A stretch of 64,000 bases of DNA from Macrostomum hystrix (taxonomy: Eukaryota; Animalia; Platyhelminthes): NCBI GenBank assembly GCA_950097015.1, contig CATNEN010000010.1:2728001-2792000 (forward strand), given 5' to 3'. The position numbers and the translations under genes are program-made. Of this stretch, positions 46,134 to 59,200 are shown piece after piece. Each line of letters starts with the position of its first letter. The stretch's first letter is position 1. Under the pieces are notes generated by a model, which saw only the letters and a program-made list of their open reading frames with translations, was not told the origin of the DNA and made no database searches.

Positions 46134-49054
46134 CTAGTAGCGCTGCTGGAACAATGACCCTGGCATCGCTGAGACGGAGCTGCTAGACGTCGGCGGGAAG
46201 TGCTGCTGCAGCATTGACATAGACATATGGGGCGGCGGCGGCGGCGGAGGCGGCGGCGGCAGCATGAAGCTGACACCGGCGTGGCTGGTGAAGGGATTCG
46301 GCGGGGCGAAGCTGGCTGGCAGCAGAAGATCTGGAAGGTTGGCATCGGAGGCGGCTGAGGCTGCTGGCAGCTGGGCCGAGGGACCGAAAGAGGAGGCCGA
46401 TGAAGAGGCGGCTGCGGCTGCGGCTGCGGCGGCAGCTCCGGGCGGAGAGGCGAACGGGTTGATGCGCGGCGCCACCCAGCTGGCCGACGGCTGCAGGCCG
46501 CGGCTCCAGTCGTCCTTGTAGACCTGGACGGTGAGGCCGGGCACCAGGTGCGCCAGCCGGTTGGTCACGTGGGCCAGCACCAGCTGCTCCGAGGCGTCGC
46601 GGCGGACCCGGACCTGACAATTGGTGGGAATCAGTTATGAGTGGGATATGCTGGGCTACATTAGAAGTCGGATAAAACATGTTCGTATAAAAATATGCAG
46701 GTTAAAATTCAGGCACAGAATAAACTCAAAAGTGGGGAGTACAATTGAGCGGGATTATTTAGAATGGAATAATTTAGAGTGGGATAATTTTTAGTGGGAT
46801 AATTTAGAGTGGGATAATTTAGAGAGGGATAATTTTTAGTGGGATAATTTAGAGTGGGATAATTTTTAGTGGGATAATTTAGAGTGGGATAATTTAGAGA
46901 GGGACAATTTAGAGTGGGATAATTTAGAGTGGGATAATTTAGAGTGGGATAATTTAGAGTGGGATAATTTAGAGAGGGATAATTTAGAGTGGGATAATTT
47001 AGAGTGGGATAATTTAGAGTGGGATAATTTAGAGCGGGATAATTTAGAGTGGGATAATTTAGAGTGGGATAATTTAGAGTGGGATAATTTAGAGCGGGAT
47101 AATTTAGAGAGGGATAATTTAGAGTGGGATAATTTAGAGTGGGATAATTTAGAGTGGGTATTCAGCAGGCCAGGAAGAGACGGCAACTCCAGTCAGCCAA
47201 TTCACCTGCAGGCAGCCGTTGAGCTGGCCGAATCCGGTCAGCCAGGTTCTCTCCTTGCGAAGCTCCAGCACGCCGTCCAGAGTAGCTGCCTCGCCCAGCG
47301 CCTTATCCAGCTGGCCAATTAGGTGTGTCGGCGTGCTCTGCAGCAGAATCTTGCCGCAGTAGGCCGCCATTGGCGCCATGGTTACCACGACAACAAACGC
47401 GGCCAGCACTGCCATGGTGAGGTCAGCCATGGGAGACTGGTAGGCATCGAGCAGGCAGCTGGCCAGGAACAGGCACATGGCCGAGGACACGCCCAGCAGG
47501 GCCAGCGGGTTCAGGCGGGGCAGCAGCAGCTTGCTCAGGCCCGGCACGTGATGGCAGAGGCTCTCGCTGATGTCCGTCACGTGCTCCTGCAGCCAGCTGG
47601 AGGTGCTGGCGTCGATCACGTGACTGTAGGCGGGGTTCTCGACGCTGGAGTAAAGAGGCGATGAGGCAAGGAATGCACATCACAAGGGAACTCCAAAGTT
47701 TATTCAATTTGCACTGCTTAACCTGTACACAGCCGATAAGAATCAGCAGGCTCACCCGTACACAGCCAATATGAATCAGCAGGCTCACCTGTACACAGTC
47801 GATAAGAATCAGCAGGCTCACCTGTACACAGCCAATAAGAATCAGCAGGCTCACCTGTACACAGCCAACAAGAATCAGTAGGCTCACTTGTACACAGCCA
47901 ATATGAATCAGCAGGCTCACCTGTACACAGCCAATAAGAATCAGCAGGCTCACCTGTACACAGCCAATAAGAATCAGCAGGCTCACCTGTACACAGCCAA
48001 TATGAATCAGCAGGCTCACCTGTACACAGCCAATATGAATCAGCAGGCTCACCTGTACACAGCCAAAAAAGCAGGCTCACCTGTACACAGCCGATAAGAA
48101 TCAGCAGGCTCACCTGTACACAGCCAATATGAATCAGCAGGCTCACCTGTACACAGCCAATATGAATCAGCAGGCTCACCTGTACACAGCCAATATGAAT
48201 CAGCAGGCTCACCTGTACACAGCCAATAAGAATCAGCAGGCTCACCTGTACACAGCCAATATGAATCAGCAGGCTCACCTGTACACAGCCAATATGAATC
48301 AGCAGGCTCACCTGTACACAGCCGATAAGAATCAGCAGGCTCACCTGTACACAGCCAATATGAATCAGCAGGCTCACCTGTACACAGCCAATATGAATCA
48401 GCAGGCTCACCTGTACACAGCCGATAAGAATCAGCAGGCTCACCTGTACACAGCCGATAAGAATCAGCAGGCTCACCTGTACACAGCCAATAAGAATCAG
48501 CAGGCTCACCTGTACACAGCCAATAAGAATCAGCAGGCTCACCTGTACACAGCCAATATGAATCAGCAGGCTCACCTGTACACAGCCACCAGGTGCACAA
48601 CAAGTCCGACCAGGCCTCCGAGCGCCAATCCGCTGGGCGTGACCTCCGGCGGCTCGAAGGCCCTCTCCACGCACTCCTTGAGAACGAAGAACACGCCAAG
48701 GATGGCCAGCATGAGGGAGGCGAAGACTGCCAGCACCTCGAATCTCTCGTAGCCGAATGTGTAGGCCAGGCAGCGCTGTCGCCGTTCGACCCACAGGCTG
48801 ACCAGGGCGACGCCAATGTAGCACAGGTCAAACAGCAGCAGGCAGGTGAATGCGCCCAGGGTCATGCTGGGGTTGAGGTGGGCCCACACCGTGAGCAGGC
48901 AGATGCTGATGAGCAGGAGGCCGGCCACGGCCAGGATTCGCTTGGCTCGCTTCTCCTCGGCCTGCAGCAGGGCCAGCTGGACGACCAGCTCTCTGGCGAA
49001 GGCCAGCACGCCGGTGTAGGCGTCGCGCAGCTCGTGCAGCAGCGTCAGAATGGC
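46134..49054 (-). CDS. SLC30A6: Zinc transporter ZnT6 (cation diffusion facilitator); start exon not located
   Basis: Exons 49054-48576, 47644-47206, 46613-46134, in frame. YTFGYERFEVLAVFAS, STSSWLQEHVTDISESLC, GKILLQSTPTHLIGQLDK..TLDGVLE and VRRDASEQLVLAHVTNRL..TVQVYKDDW match ZnT6-specific motifs as recalled. Confidence 0.92.
46755..47158. repeat. 15-bp minisatellite, ~27 copies (ZnT6 intron)
   Basis: Unit gggataatttagagt. Confidence 0.94.
47720..48585 (-). repeat. 33-bp minisatellite, ~26 copies, each containing the exon end and 5' splice site
   Basis: Minus-strand unit ggctgtgtacag|GTGAGCctgctgattcatatt. Confidence 0.95.
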
Positions 49055-49204
49055 CTGCACGGAGACCGCATAGCAACCAAATGGAAGGGCGGCAATGAAC
49101 TTTGTTGTCTGGGTACGGAATTTATCTAGCTCGCAGTTATTATAATAATATACTTATTATCTTTCTTCTGAGTAAAAGTCCATAGTAACCAGGAAACAAC
49201 AAGG

Positions 49205-49530
49205 CTCATAGCAACCAGGTAGCAAAAAGCCAGATAGCAACCAGGTAGCAAAAAGCCACATAGCAACCAGGTAGCAAAAAGCCACATAGCAACCAGGTAG
49301 CAACAACCCACATACTCGTAGCAACCAGGTAGCAACAATCCACATAGCAACCAGGTAGCAACAACCCACATACTCGTAGCAACCAGGTAGCAACAACCCA
49401 CATACTCGTAGCAACCAGGTAGCAACAACCCACTTAGCAACCAGGTAGCAACAACCCACTTAGCAACCAGGTAGCAACAACCCACATAGCAACCAGGTAG
49501 CAACAACCCACCTAGCAACCAGGTAGCAAG
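49205..49530. repeat. 27/36-bp minisatellite
   Basis: Unit catagcaaccaggtagcaacaacccac with variants. Confidence 0.9.
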
Positions 49531-50169
49531 AGCCGAACAGCATCCAAATTTCAGCAATTTTAAAAATTTCTAACCTTAAAAAGCCAGCAATAGAATTCTT
49601 AATCTGGCCTAAAAAATCTCCCCATAGGTAATTTTCCTAATTACAAACGGTAGCACTAATGAGGCAACTCAAAGTCAACAAACAAGTAAAGTTATCTTAA
49701 ACACAAAGTAAACAAACAAAACTGACTGGCACAGAGTCCAGGCAAGCCATCAGTAATTTTATTGTCAAAAGAGCTCTCAAGACAAAACATTCGCTTTAAG
49801 AAAAAAACGTAAGGAAAATTTCAACAATCGAAACACAAACAAAAAGACAATATAAAAATTTGTTAAAGCGTTGAACTGATTGATAAAAAATCTGCTCTCA
49901 GAGCAACTCAGCACGTACAGTAGAGTTTAACCAGAGAGCTTACAAAAACTGAATCATGAACTATTTGGCACGAATGAGGGAAACTAAACCAATTTAAATT
50001 AGCACTTTTATTCCTTTGATTATAGACCCTTGGCAACAATAAGTGCAGGACCAGCTTACGCTACGAAGCCAGGTGTACAGTAGGTCCTGGGCTCGAATCC
50101 GAAGAATCAAACAATCGAAAATAGGGGGAACTCCATAATAACGATTTAAGAATCTTAACAATCCCAAAA

Positions 50170-50255
50170 ATATGAATCCCGTATCCTAGAAATATGAATC
50201 CCGTATCCTAGAAATGTGAATCCAATATCCTAGAAATGTGAATCCAATATCCCAT
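50170..50255. repeat. 22-bp repeat, ~4 copies
   Basis: Unit aatatgaatcccgtatcctaga with variants. Confidence 0.75.
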
Positions 50256-50599
50256 AAGTTAGAAGACCGATCCCTACCAATGTAGATAGGTGCCAGTACA
50301 GGCAGGCCGCAATACTACTGAATCCGATCTAGAACTAAAAACTGATTTTGTAAAACACGCGCAGCAAAAACAGCGAGGCACAGCTCGAAGGCTCGAATAA
50401 TAATTCGTTGAGTAAAAGAAACGAAGAAAACAACAAAAGTTTCAGGTAAATATATGTAATGACGAACACAAAAAGTGCTATTTCTACAACGAGAACTAAC
50501 TTTACTACTAGAGAAACAATTTAAGGCTTTGACACGACAGAGAAATACACAAAACTCTGTGAGATAAGCTTTATCTTTGGCAATGTCTGCTGCCCCTGA

Positions 50600-51358
50600 T
50601 AGGATGGGTGATTGGCTGGGGGGATTAGCTTGGTGATTGGCTGGGTGATAAAGTGGGTGATTGGCTGGGTGATAAAGTGGGTGATTGGCTGGGTGATTGG
50701 CTGGGTGATTGGCTGGGTGATTGGCTGGGTGATTGGCTGGATGATTGGCTAGGTGATAAAGTGGGTGATTGGCTGGGTGATAAAGTGGGTGATTGGCTGG
50801 GGGGATTAGCTTGGTGATTGGCTGGGTGATAAAGTGGGTGATTGGCTGGGTGATAAAGTGGGTGATTGGCTGGGTGATTGGCTGGGTGATAAAGTGGGTG
50901 ATTGGCTGGGTGATTGGCTGGGTGATTGGATGGGTGATAAAGTGGGTGATTGGCTGAGTGATAAAGTGGGTGATTGGCTGAGTGATAAAGTGGGTGATTG
51001 GCTGGGTGATTGGCTGGGTGATTGGCTGGGTAATTGGCTGGGTGATAAAGTGGGTGATTGGCTGGGTGACTGGCTGGGTGATAAAGTGGGTGATTGGCTG
51101 GGTGATTAAGTGGGTGATTGGCTGGGTGATAAAGTGGGTGATTGGCTGGGTGATTGGCTGGGTGATTGGCTGGGTGATAAAGTGGGTGATTGGCTCGGTG
51201 ATAAAGTGGGTGATTGGCTGGGTGATAAAGTGGGTGATTGGCTGAGTGATAAAGTGGGTGATTGGCTGGGTGATTGGCTGGGTGATTGTCTGGGTGATTG
51301 GCTGGGTGATTGGCCGGGTGATAAAGTGGGTGATTGGCTGGGTGATTGGCTGGGTGAC
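50600..51358. repeat. 12-bp two-variant G-rich minisatellite
   Basis: Interspersed gggtgattggct and gggtgataaagt units. Confidence 0.93.
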
Positions 51359-51880
51359 ATTGCCTGTGGGTCAGACTGGAATTAAATTTGATAGAATTCA
51401 GAACCGAAAGATCCACAAGCTCATAGTGAATCGTTTATTGTAGAAAAACAGTTTAGTGTGACGAGTTCTTCAGTGCCAGTTCTAGTGCAGAATGAGGCGT
51501 TAAATAAAAAAAAGTAAAAACAAACAAGCTAATAAAAGTAACGAAATGGCACACAGAAGTCCGCAGCGTTAAAAGCAGATAAAAACGGTTCAAAAAAAAG
51601 ATTCCGAGGACAAGCGACCAGGAAACACGCGGAACAAAGAGCACTCTGGGAAATGTGTCGATTGGAGTTATTTATAACAGCCGATGTGAATTGTTGTCGC
51701 TACTCGATAGTTCCTCCAGTCGCTAAAATTGCACAAAAAACGCGCAAACAATGCTTTCGATTGGCTACTGCAGATTACTAAGTAAAATATCGGAACATTG
51801 TAGCAGAAATATCAATTTTCATCATTCTTATCAGCATCAATTTTTCTGTGATTGATGAAGGCCGGATCAGCGAGTGGATG

Positions 51881-53319
51881 TCAGGACGGCACTCCTGGCT
51901 GCCGGTTGCTGGCCAGGGAGCGGGCGAACTCGCGCAGCGCCTCCACGCAGTGCTGCCCGATGTCTCGGAGGGCCTCGCGCAGGGCGTCGCGCACCGGCGC
52001 CTCCAGGCTGGGATTCTTGCTGACCAGCACCTTGGCCACTACGGCGAAGGTGTCGCAGTCCTGCCTGTAGGCTCGCTCCAGCTCGGCCTTCTTGGCGCGC
52101 ACTAGCCGCAGGTTGCCATCGACATCATCGCCGTCGCCTACATCGCCGTTTTTATCGCCGTCGCGATTCGCTGACGAAGTCGACGGTTGTAAAAGCGGCG
52201 GTGAGGACGGAGGAGGCGGCGAAAGAGGCGACCTAGCTCGCTGCCGCAGCTCGGTTTTCTCCGCTGCGCCGTGGTCCAGGCCGCCAGCCTCCAAGCTCTT
52301 CGCCGCCGACATCTGCTCTTCGTACTCATCTTCCGGCGGACTGCGGGGACCGCGACCTCGGGCAGCGCTGCGGATGCTGCTGCTTCGGCTGGCGCTGCGG
52401 CTCTGCCCGCTGTTGCTCTGGCTGCGGCTTCTGCTGCCGCGCCTGCCGCCGCCGCCGACGCCGACCGCGCCGCCGTTGCTGCTGCCATCGAGGCTTTGGC
52501 GTTGCTGACGAGAGCGGCTGCGAGAGCGGCTGCGGTTCTGCTTTTAATGCGAGTGAAGAAAAGAGAAAAAAAATGGCTAGGCACGTTTCCAGGCTTAAAT
52601 TAACGAAGACAAATGATAGGATTGGAAAACAGAGGTTGGGAGTAGATCAGACAGGTGAGAGTAGATCAGAGACATGTGAAAGTAGATCAGACAGGTGAGA
52701 GTAGATCAGAGACATGTGAAAGTAGATCAGACAGGTGAGAGTAGATCAGAGACATGTGAAAGTAGATCAGACAGGTGAGAGTATATCAGAGAAAGGTGAG
52801 AGTAGATCAGAGACAGGTTAGACTATATCAGAGACAGGTGAGAGCAGATCAGAAACAGGTGAGAGTAGATCAGAAACAGGTGAGAGTATATCAAAGTCAG
52901 GTGAGTCGCACCTGCTGCCCAAAGCGCCAGCCAATGAGAGGTGGCGGAGAGCCGGAGCCGGACATCTGGCGACCCTCTTGAGCACGCTGGACGCGCGCTC
53001 TAAGGTGAGGATCGGCGCGCACTCGCTGCCTGGCGCGGATCATGTCCTTGAACCAGACGATGCTGACCCGGCAGCCGAGTAGGCCGGTCTCGTTGTAGCG
53101 CCGCATGATCTGCTTGGCGACGTCGTGAGATTCAAAGCGCAGGGCGACATTCAGAGCGGCCTGGCTGCCGGTGTAGGAGAAGAAATCGATAGAACAGTCG
53201 GCCTCGTTCTCGATGAAGAAGCGACGAACCTCGTCGGCTTTGATGCGCGAGGGCAGGCCGCGGATGTACAGGCAGTGCCTCGAGGGGGCGACGAGTGCCG
53301 GGTCCACGGCGTCGTTCAT
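51881..53319 (-). CDS. PPHLN1: RRM + RS-rich + Periphilin-1 C-terminal-domain protein, 355 aa
   Basis: Exons 53319-52912 and 52540-51881 (phase 0, GT-AG). RRM: CLYIRGLP..VALRFESHDVAKQIMRRYNETGLLGCRVSI. RS dipeptides: RSRSRSRSR. C-terminus AELERAYRQDCDTFAVVAKVLVSKNPSLE..ALREALRDIGQHCVEALREF matches the recalled Periphilin motif YRQDCETF..KDPSLE..IGERCVEEL. Confidence 0.85.
52625..52895. repeat. ~19-21-bp minisatellite in the Periphilin-like intron
   Basis: Units agagtagatcagacaggtg and agtagatcagagacatgtgaa. Confidence 0.88.
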
Positions 53320-53839
53320 GGTCTATTGGTGACCGGCGGCGGGTGCTGCGCGCTGAAAGGAATAGGGGATTTTTATCCCGTTAAATCCCAGGCTGAATTC
53401 TCGTCCATAAATCGAATTCAGGGACCGAAAATGAAATAAATGAGTCCGAAAATCGGTTATGATGAGCCACTCAGATTGCAAACCAAAAATTGCAAAGCTA
53501 ATTATCGAGAAAACAAAAACGAGTACAGGCGATGAAAAATAGCAGGCGACTGAATACATAAAACAATGTGCACTTGCGAATTCGAAACCAAATAGGAAGA
53601 GAATCATTGATGAGATTTTGCTATGCAGAATTAAACACTGTATATTTACGGACACATTCTATTGCAGCACGAACTGCTAATCAAAGCACAGATTTAGCAT
53701 TGGGAAAGCGCGATAAAAAGGAAACTGAATAATATCAGCGATCTGCATTTATACTGAAGAACGCACAATTCTTCATGCACAATGCGCATGCACAATGGAA
53801 ATTGAAATTATACTTTGGATAATTCTGCCTGGGACAAAT

Positions 53840-55383
53840 AAGGCAGACAGACAGGTGGATAGGACAGGTAGGCAGACAGACAGGTGGATAGGACAGGCAG
53901 GCAGACAGACAGGTGGATAGGACAGGTAGGCAGACAGACAGGTGGATAGGACAGGTAGGCAGACAAACAGGTGGATAGGACAGGTAGGCAGACAAACAGG
54001 TGGATAGGACAGGTAGGCAGACAGACAGGTGGATAGGACAGGTAGGCAGACAGACAGGTGGATAGGACAGGTAGGCAGACAGACAGGTGGATAGGACAGG
54101 TAGGCAGACAGACAGGTGGATAGGACAGGTAGGCAGACAGACAGGTGGATAGGACAGGTAGGCAGACAGACAGGTGGATAGGACAGGTAGGCAGACAGAC
54201 AGGTGGACAGGACAGGTAGGCAGACAGACAGGTGGATAGGACAGGTAGGCAGACAGACAGGTGGATAGGACAGGTAGGCAGACAGACAGGTGGACAGGAC
54301 AGGTAGGCAGACAGACAGGTGGATAGGACAGGTAGGCAGACAGACAGGTGGATAGGACAGGTAGGCAGACAGACAGGTGGATAGGACAGGTAGGCAGACA
54401 GACAGGTGGACAGGACAGGTAGGCAGACAGACAGGTGGATAGGACAGGCAGGCAGACAGACAGGTGGATAGGACAGGTAGGCAGACAGGTGGATAGGACA
54501 GGTAGGCAGACAGACAGGTGGATAGGACAGGTAGGCAGACAGACAGGTGGATAGGACAGGCAGGCAGACAGACAGGTGGATAGGACAGGTAGGCAGACAG
54601 ACAGGTGGATAGGACAGGTAGGCAGACAGACAGGTGGATAGGACAGGTAGGCAGACAGACAGGTGCATAGGACAGGTAGGCAGACAGACAGGTGGATAGG
54701 ACAGGTAGGCAGACAGACAGGTGGATAGGACAGGTAGGCAGACAGACAGGTGGATAGGACAGGTAGGCAGACAGACTTGTGGATAGGACAAGTAGGCAGA
54801 CAGGTGGATAGGACAGGTAGGCAGACAGACAGGTGGATAGGACAGGTAGGCAGACAGACAGGTGGATAGGACAGGCAGGCAGACAGACTTGTGGATAGGA
54901 CAAGTAGGCAGACAGGTGGATAGGACAGGTAGGCAGACAGACAGGTGGATAGGACAGGTAGGCAGACAGACAGGTGCATAGGACAGGTAGGCAGACAGAC
55001 AGGTGGATAGGACAGGCAGGCAGACAGACAGGTGGATAGGACAGGTAGGCAGACAGACAGGTGGATAGGACAGGTAGGCAGACAGACAGGTGGATAGGAC
55101 AGGTAGGCAGACAGACAGGTGGATAGGACAGGTAGGCAGACAGACAGGTGGATAGGACAGGTAGGCAGACAGACAGGTGGATAGGACAGGTAGGCAGACA
55201 GACAGGTGGATAGGACAGGTAGGCAGACAGACAGGTGGATAGGACAGGTAGGCAGACAGACAGGTGCATAGGACAGGTAGGCAGACAGACAGGTGCATAG
55301 GACAGGTAGGCAGACAGACAGGTGCATAGGACAGGTAGGCAGACAGACAGGTGCATAGGACAGGTAGGCAGACAGACAGGTGG
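53840..55383. repeat. 29-bp purine-rich minisatellite, ~53 copies
   Basis: Unit aggtaggcagacagacaggtggataggac; it generates the spurious 500-aa Cys/Leu/Pro ORFs in the track. Confidence 0.96.
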
Positions 55384-56254
55384 AAACAGAAAGCAAGTTG
55401 AAATCACGGGGCTGTTTAATGCTACGCAAAGTCCGGCCCAGCGGAACAAAGAAGAATGACACAGGCGGATGATGGCCAGAAAATCAGACAAGGCAGCAGC
55501 AGCAGCATCAGCAGCAACAGCAAATCAAAAGGTCATTGAAAAGCTTGGTTTTAGTCTAGTGTAACTAGTAAAATTGCAGAAAACTAAAGTTTTTCGAAAG
55601 AAGCAAAGGGCAAAAGTAGGAGGACACGTACTTCGTCAACAGTTAGTGAAAACTATGAATGACAAAATTACTGATCCGGTAACTAACTGGCATGCCGGGC
55701 AGCTAGCCGACTAGAATAAACTAGTAGAAAAATCTAATAATGCCAATCAGTTCAATTATGAGTTTGCGAAATAATCTCCATGCGGCTTTGATAGAAAAAC
55801 ACTAGCAATTTAAATAGTTAACAAAAGATGCCTGTTGTTTGGGCTGCATCGACATTTCAGAAGTCTGCGTGTGAAAACTGATTTTTTCCAGTTATTTTAG
55901 TTGACTGCAGCGAAAAAGGGCTACGGAAGAAAAACATGGAGCAATTTATAAGCTTTCGAATTGCTGTTTTACAATATCGATGGCAGACTATGAAACAGTA
56001 ACAAATTTATGGATATACGCTCGTATAAATCAATATACGAGCTGGCATATTTTCCGTTCGAATAGCTTCAGCTTACCGATAATATAACAATCATTGTCCT
56101 AATCATTAGCCAGATTTAGTGCTTTCACCCAAATTCCTTGCGCTCTACTTATAGTAGGCAACAAGAGAACGAGCACTTTTTTTCAGTTTTCATATTGCTC
56201 TACTTGCAGTAAGCACTGCGAGTATAAAGCACATTTTTTGTTCAAAACTTCAGT

Positions 56255-59200
56255 CTAGACGCTGGATCCGCCAACATCGGAGCGCACAACCATCGTCTGC
56301 TGGCTCGGCCCGGCCGGGTTCGTCAGACCGCCACCGACTCGCCCGACGCCGAACTCGTTGAAGGCAGCGGACGAAGAAGGATTGGAAGCTTCGTCGTCAG
56401 GCGCGGTGTCGTCGAGGGTGTCAGACAGCAGGTCGCGCTGAATCGCCGCCTGTGTCAGCTGCTCATCCGTGGTGAGAAGCTGGGCCAGCGGGAGGCAGCA
56501 GCGGGGACAGGTCTCCGTGAGCAGGGGCCGGGCGTGAGTCAGCAGAGGCTTCAGAAGCCTGCGGTGCAGTGGAGGCGAGGGGTGAATCTGTGAACAGGTG
56601 GCTGAGCCTGTGAACAGGTGGGTGAGCCTTGAACAGATGGGTGAAGAGATAGGTGAACAGATGAGTGAACATATGGGTGAGTCTGAAACAGATGGGTGAA
56701 GAGATAGGTGAACAGATGAGTGAACAGATGGGTGAGCCTGTGAACATATGGGTGAACAGATAGGTGAGCCTGTGAACAGATGGGTGAAGAGATAGGTGAA
56801 CAGATGGGTGAGCCTGTGAACAGATGGGTGAAGAGATAGGTGAACAGATGAGTGAACATATGGGTGAACAGATAGGTGAGCCTGTGAACGGATGGGTGAA
56901 CAGATGGGTAAACAGATGATTGAGCATGTAAACGGATGGGTGAACATATGGTTGAGCCTGTGAACGGATGGGTGAACATTTGGTTGAGCCTGTGAACGGA
57001 TGGGTGAACATATGGTTGAGCCTGTGAACGGATGGGTGAACATATGGTTGAGCCTGTGAACGGATGGGTGAACATATCCCCCAGCCTCACCTGTTGTCGA
57101 TGCCGTGCCAGGACCTGGCAAACCAAGCTCGGTTGCTGCCCCGGTTAGCCGCTGTCGCCATGGCCATATCGGCCTCAGAGCCCTGGTCGGTGGCGGTGAA
57201 GGTGTCAGTAATTTAGCGAAGCTTAAAATACTTCTAGATATAGTTTAGCGATCCATTACCTGCACATTTGTGACCACCATCAGAACATCTATAAGACTTA
57301 GGCTGTTTTGCCACAGAGCCACTAAACACAGCAAGCGGGGCGCACAACAAACAATGATATAGCAGAGCTTTGTTCTGCACTAACAGAATAAAGACAAAGG
57401 AAGAGCATTGACGCATTGACGATAAGAAGAAACATAAGCAATTTCGAATTTTCGGCATGCAGGTAGCCTAAGTGTGTACAGCGAGAATAATGATAGTCAA
57501 TTCTATTTTTTCTTGCTATTCATATGTGCACAGAACTAATTACTACTAAGAGAAGTTAATTATTAGGATCTGAATTTCTTTAAATATTGGCAACATACGC
57601 TTGTATAATGCACCCCATGTCCCTTGAAGCTGTGAGAGGAGGCCGCGTCTCTATCTACTTCGAAATGCGTAAAAAGTGCTGTCTCTTTGCACTCTACTAC
57701 TGTCAGTAGCGCAGCAAAGATAATATCAGTTTCTCGTCTTTAGAAAAGTAAAAATTCGGTAATGAAAAAGTAATGATAGGTACTGAAAAGAATATTTTCG
57801 AAAAAGAAGAAGACAGAGTTAAAGCGATAGTAGACAATCCGTTGATCTTCTCACTCAACCTGGCACCAATATTCGCTGGGCGGACTCTGTACCTTGTTAA
57901 CTAGCAGCAGCAGCTGGTCGCAGTCCCGCGAAGTCGGGCGATCATCCTCGGTGAGCAGCTGCAGTTTTTGTTGGCGCATTTAGCATTGGGATGAGAGGCC
58001 CTTCCGGGGCTTGCAGCCAACCGGGCAATGAGACTGCTGCTCACTAAAGTGCAGCTGCACTGGACAACACACTACTAATGCTAACAACAGCTCCGTTGGG
58101 GTGGGTTGCTAGTCTACTCTCCAAGAGAATGAATAAAATGGATTGCTAGTCTATTCCCTCACGAGAAGAAATACAATGGATTGCTAGTCTATTCCCTCAC
58201 GAGAAGAAATACAATGGATTGCTAGTCTGTTCCCCCACGAGAAGAAATACAATGGATTGCTAGTCTGTTCCCTCACGAGAAGAAATACAATGGATTGCTA
58301 GTCTGTTCCCCCACGAGAAGAAATACAATGGATTGCTAGTCTATTCCCTCACGAGAAGAAATACAATGGATTGCTAGTCTATTCCCTCACGAGAAGAAAT
58401 ACAATGGATTGCTAGTCTGTTCCCTCACGAGAAGAAATACATTGGATTGCTAGTCTATTCCCTCACGAGAAGGAATACATTGGATTGCTAGTCTATTCCC
58501 TCACGAGAAGAAATACAATGGATTGCTAGTCTGTTCCCTCACGAGAAGAAATACATTGGATTGCTAGTCTATTCCCTCACGAGAAGGAATACATTGGATT
58601 GCTAGTCTACTCCCTCACGAGAAGGAATACATTGGATTGCTAGTCTATTCCCTCACGAGAAGGAATACATTGGATTGCTAGTCTATTCCCTCACGAGAAG
58701 GAATACATTGGATTGCTAGTCTATTCCCTCACGAGAAGGAATACATTGGATTGCTAGTCTATTCCCTCACGAGAAGGAATACATTGGATTGCTAGTCTAT
58801 TTCATCATAGTTCAGTGTCTACTTCGTAGAAACAAGTATTTTCGCTCATATTTACGAATAACAAACAATGATGGCAACATTATAAAAACTGTTTAAATTC
58901 ACCAAATGGAACAATATAAAATTCTCTAAGACAGTGCCAAATGGTTGACCTTCAAAGTCATGCCACTTAAAAATGAAATTGTGAACGAAAATGGGATATG
59001 CAATGGTTGACGACACAGTACAATGTAGCGTAAACAATGGCATAACAAATAAGAAATTTGCACAGCTTCTCATGCTAGTCACAACAATTGCACTCTATCT
59101 AGCTAGATGGCTTGTTGCTTAGCATACCTGCAGGACACTGCTGTAGCTTCTGTGCCCGCTGGGTTCGAGCTAGCGTTGTCAGATACATTTTCATTGAAGA

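Noticed and set aside
53735-55491. 500-aa Cys/Leu/Pro-rich ORFs, and similar ORFs at 9.7, 10.2, 11.1, 16.4-18.0, 19.9-20.9, 41.0-41.8, 45.3-45.9, 46.9, 47.4-48.8, 49.1, 50.6-51.4, 56.3-57.1 and 59.3-60.0 kb
   Set aside because: They are translations of minisatellites that lack stop codons in several frames; they lie in introns or intergenic DNA and are not credible proteins.
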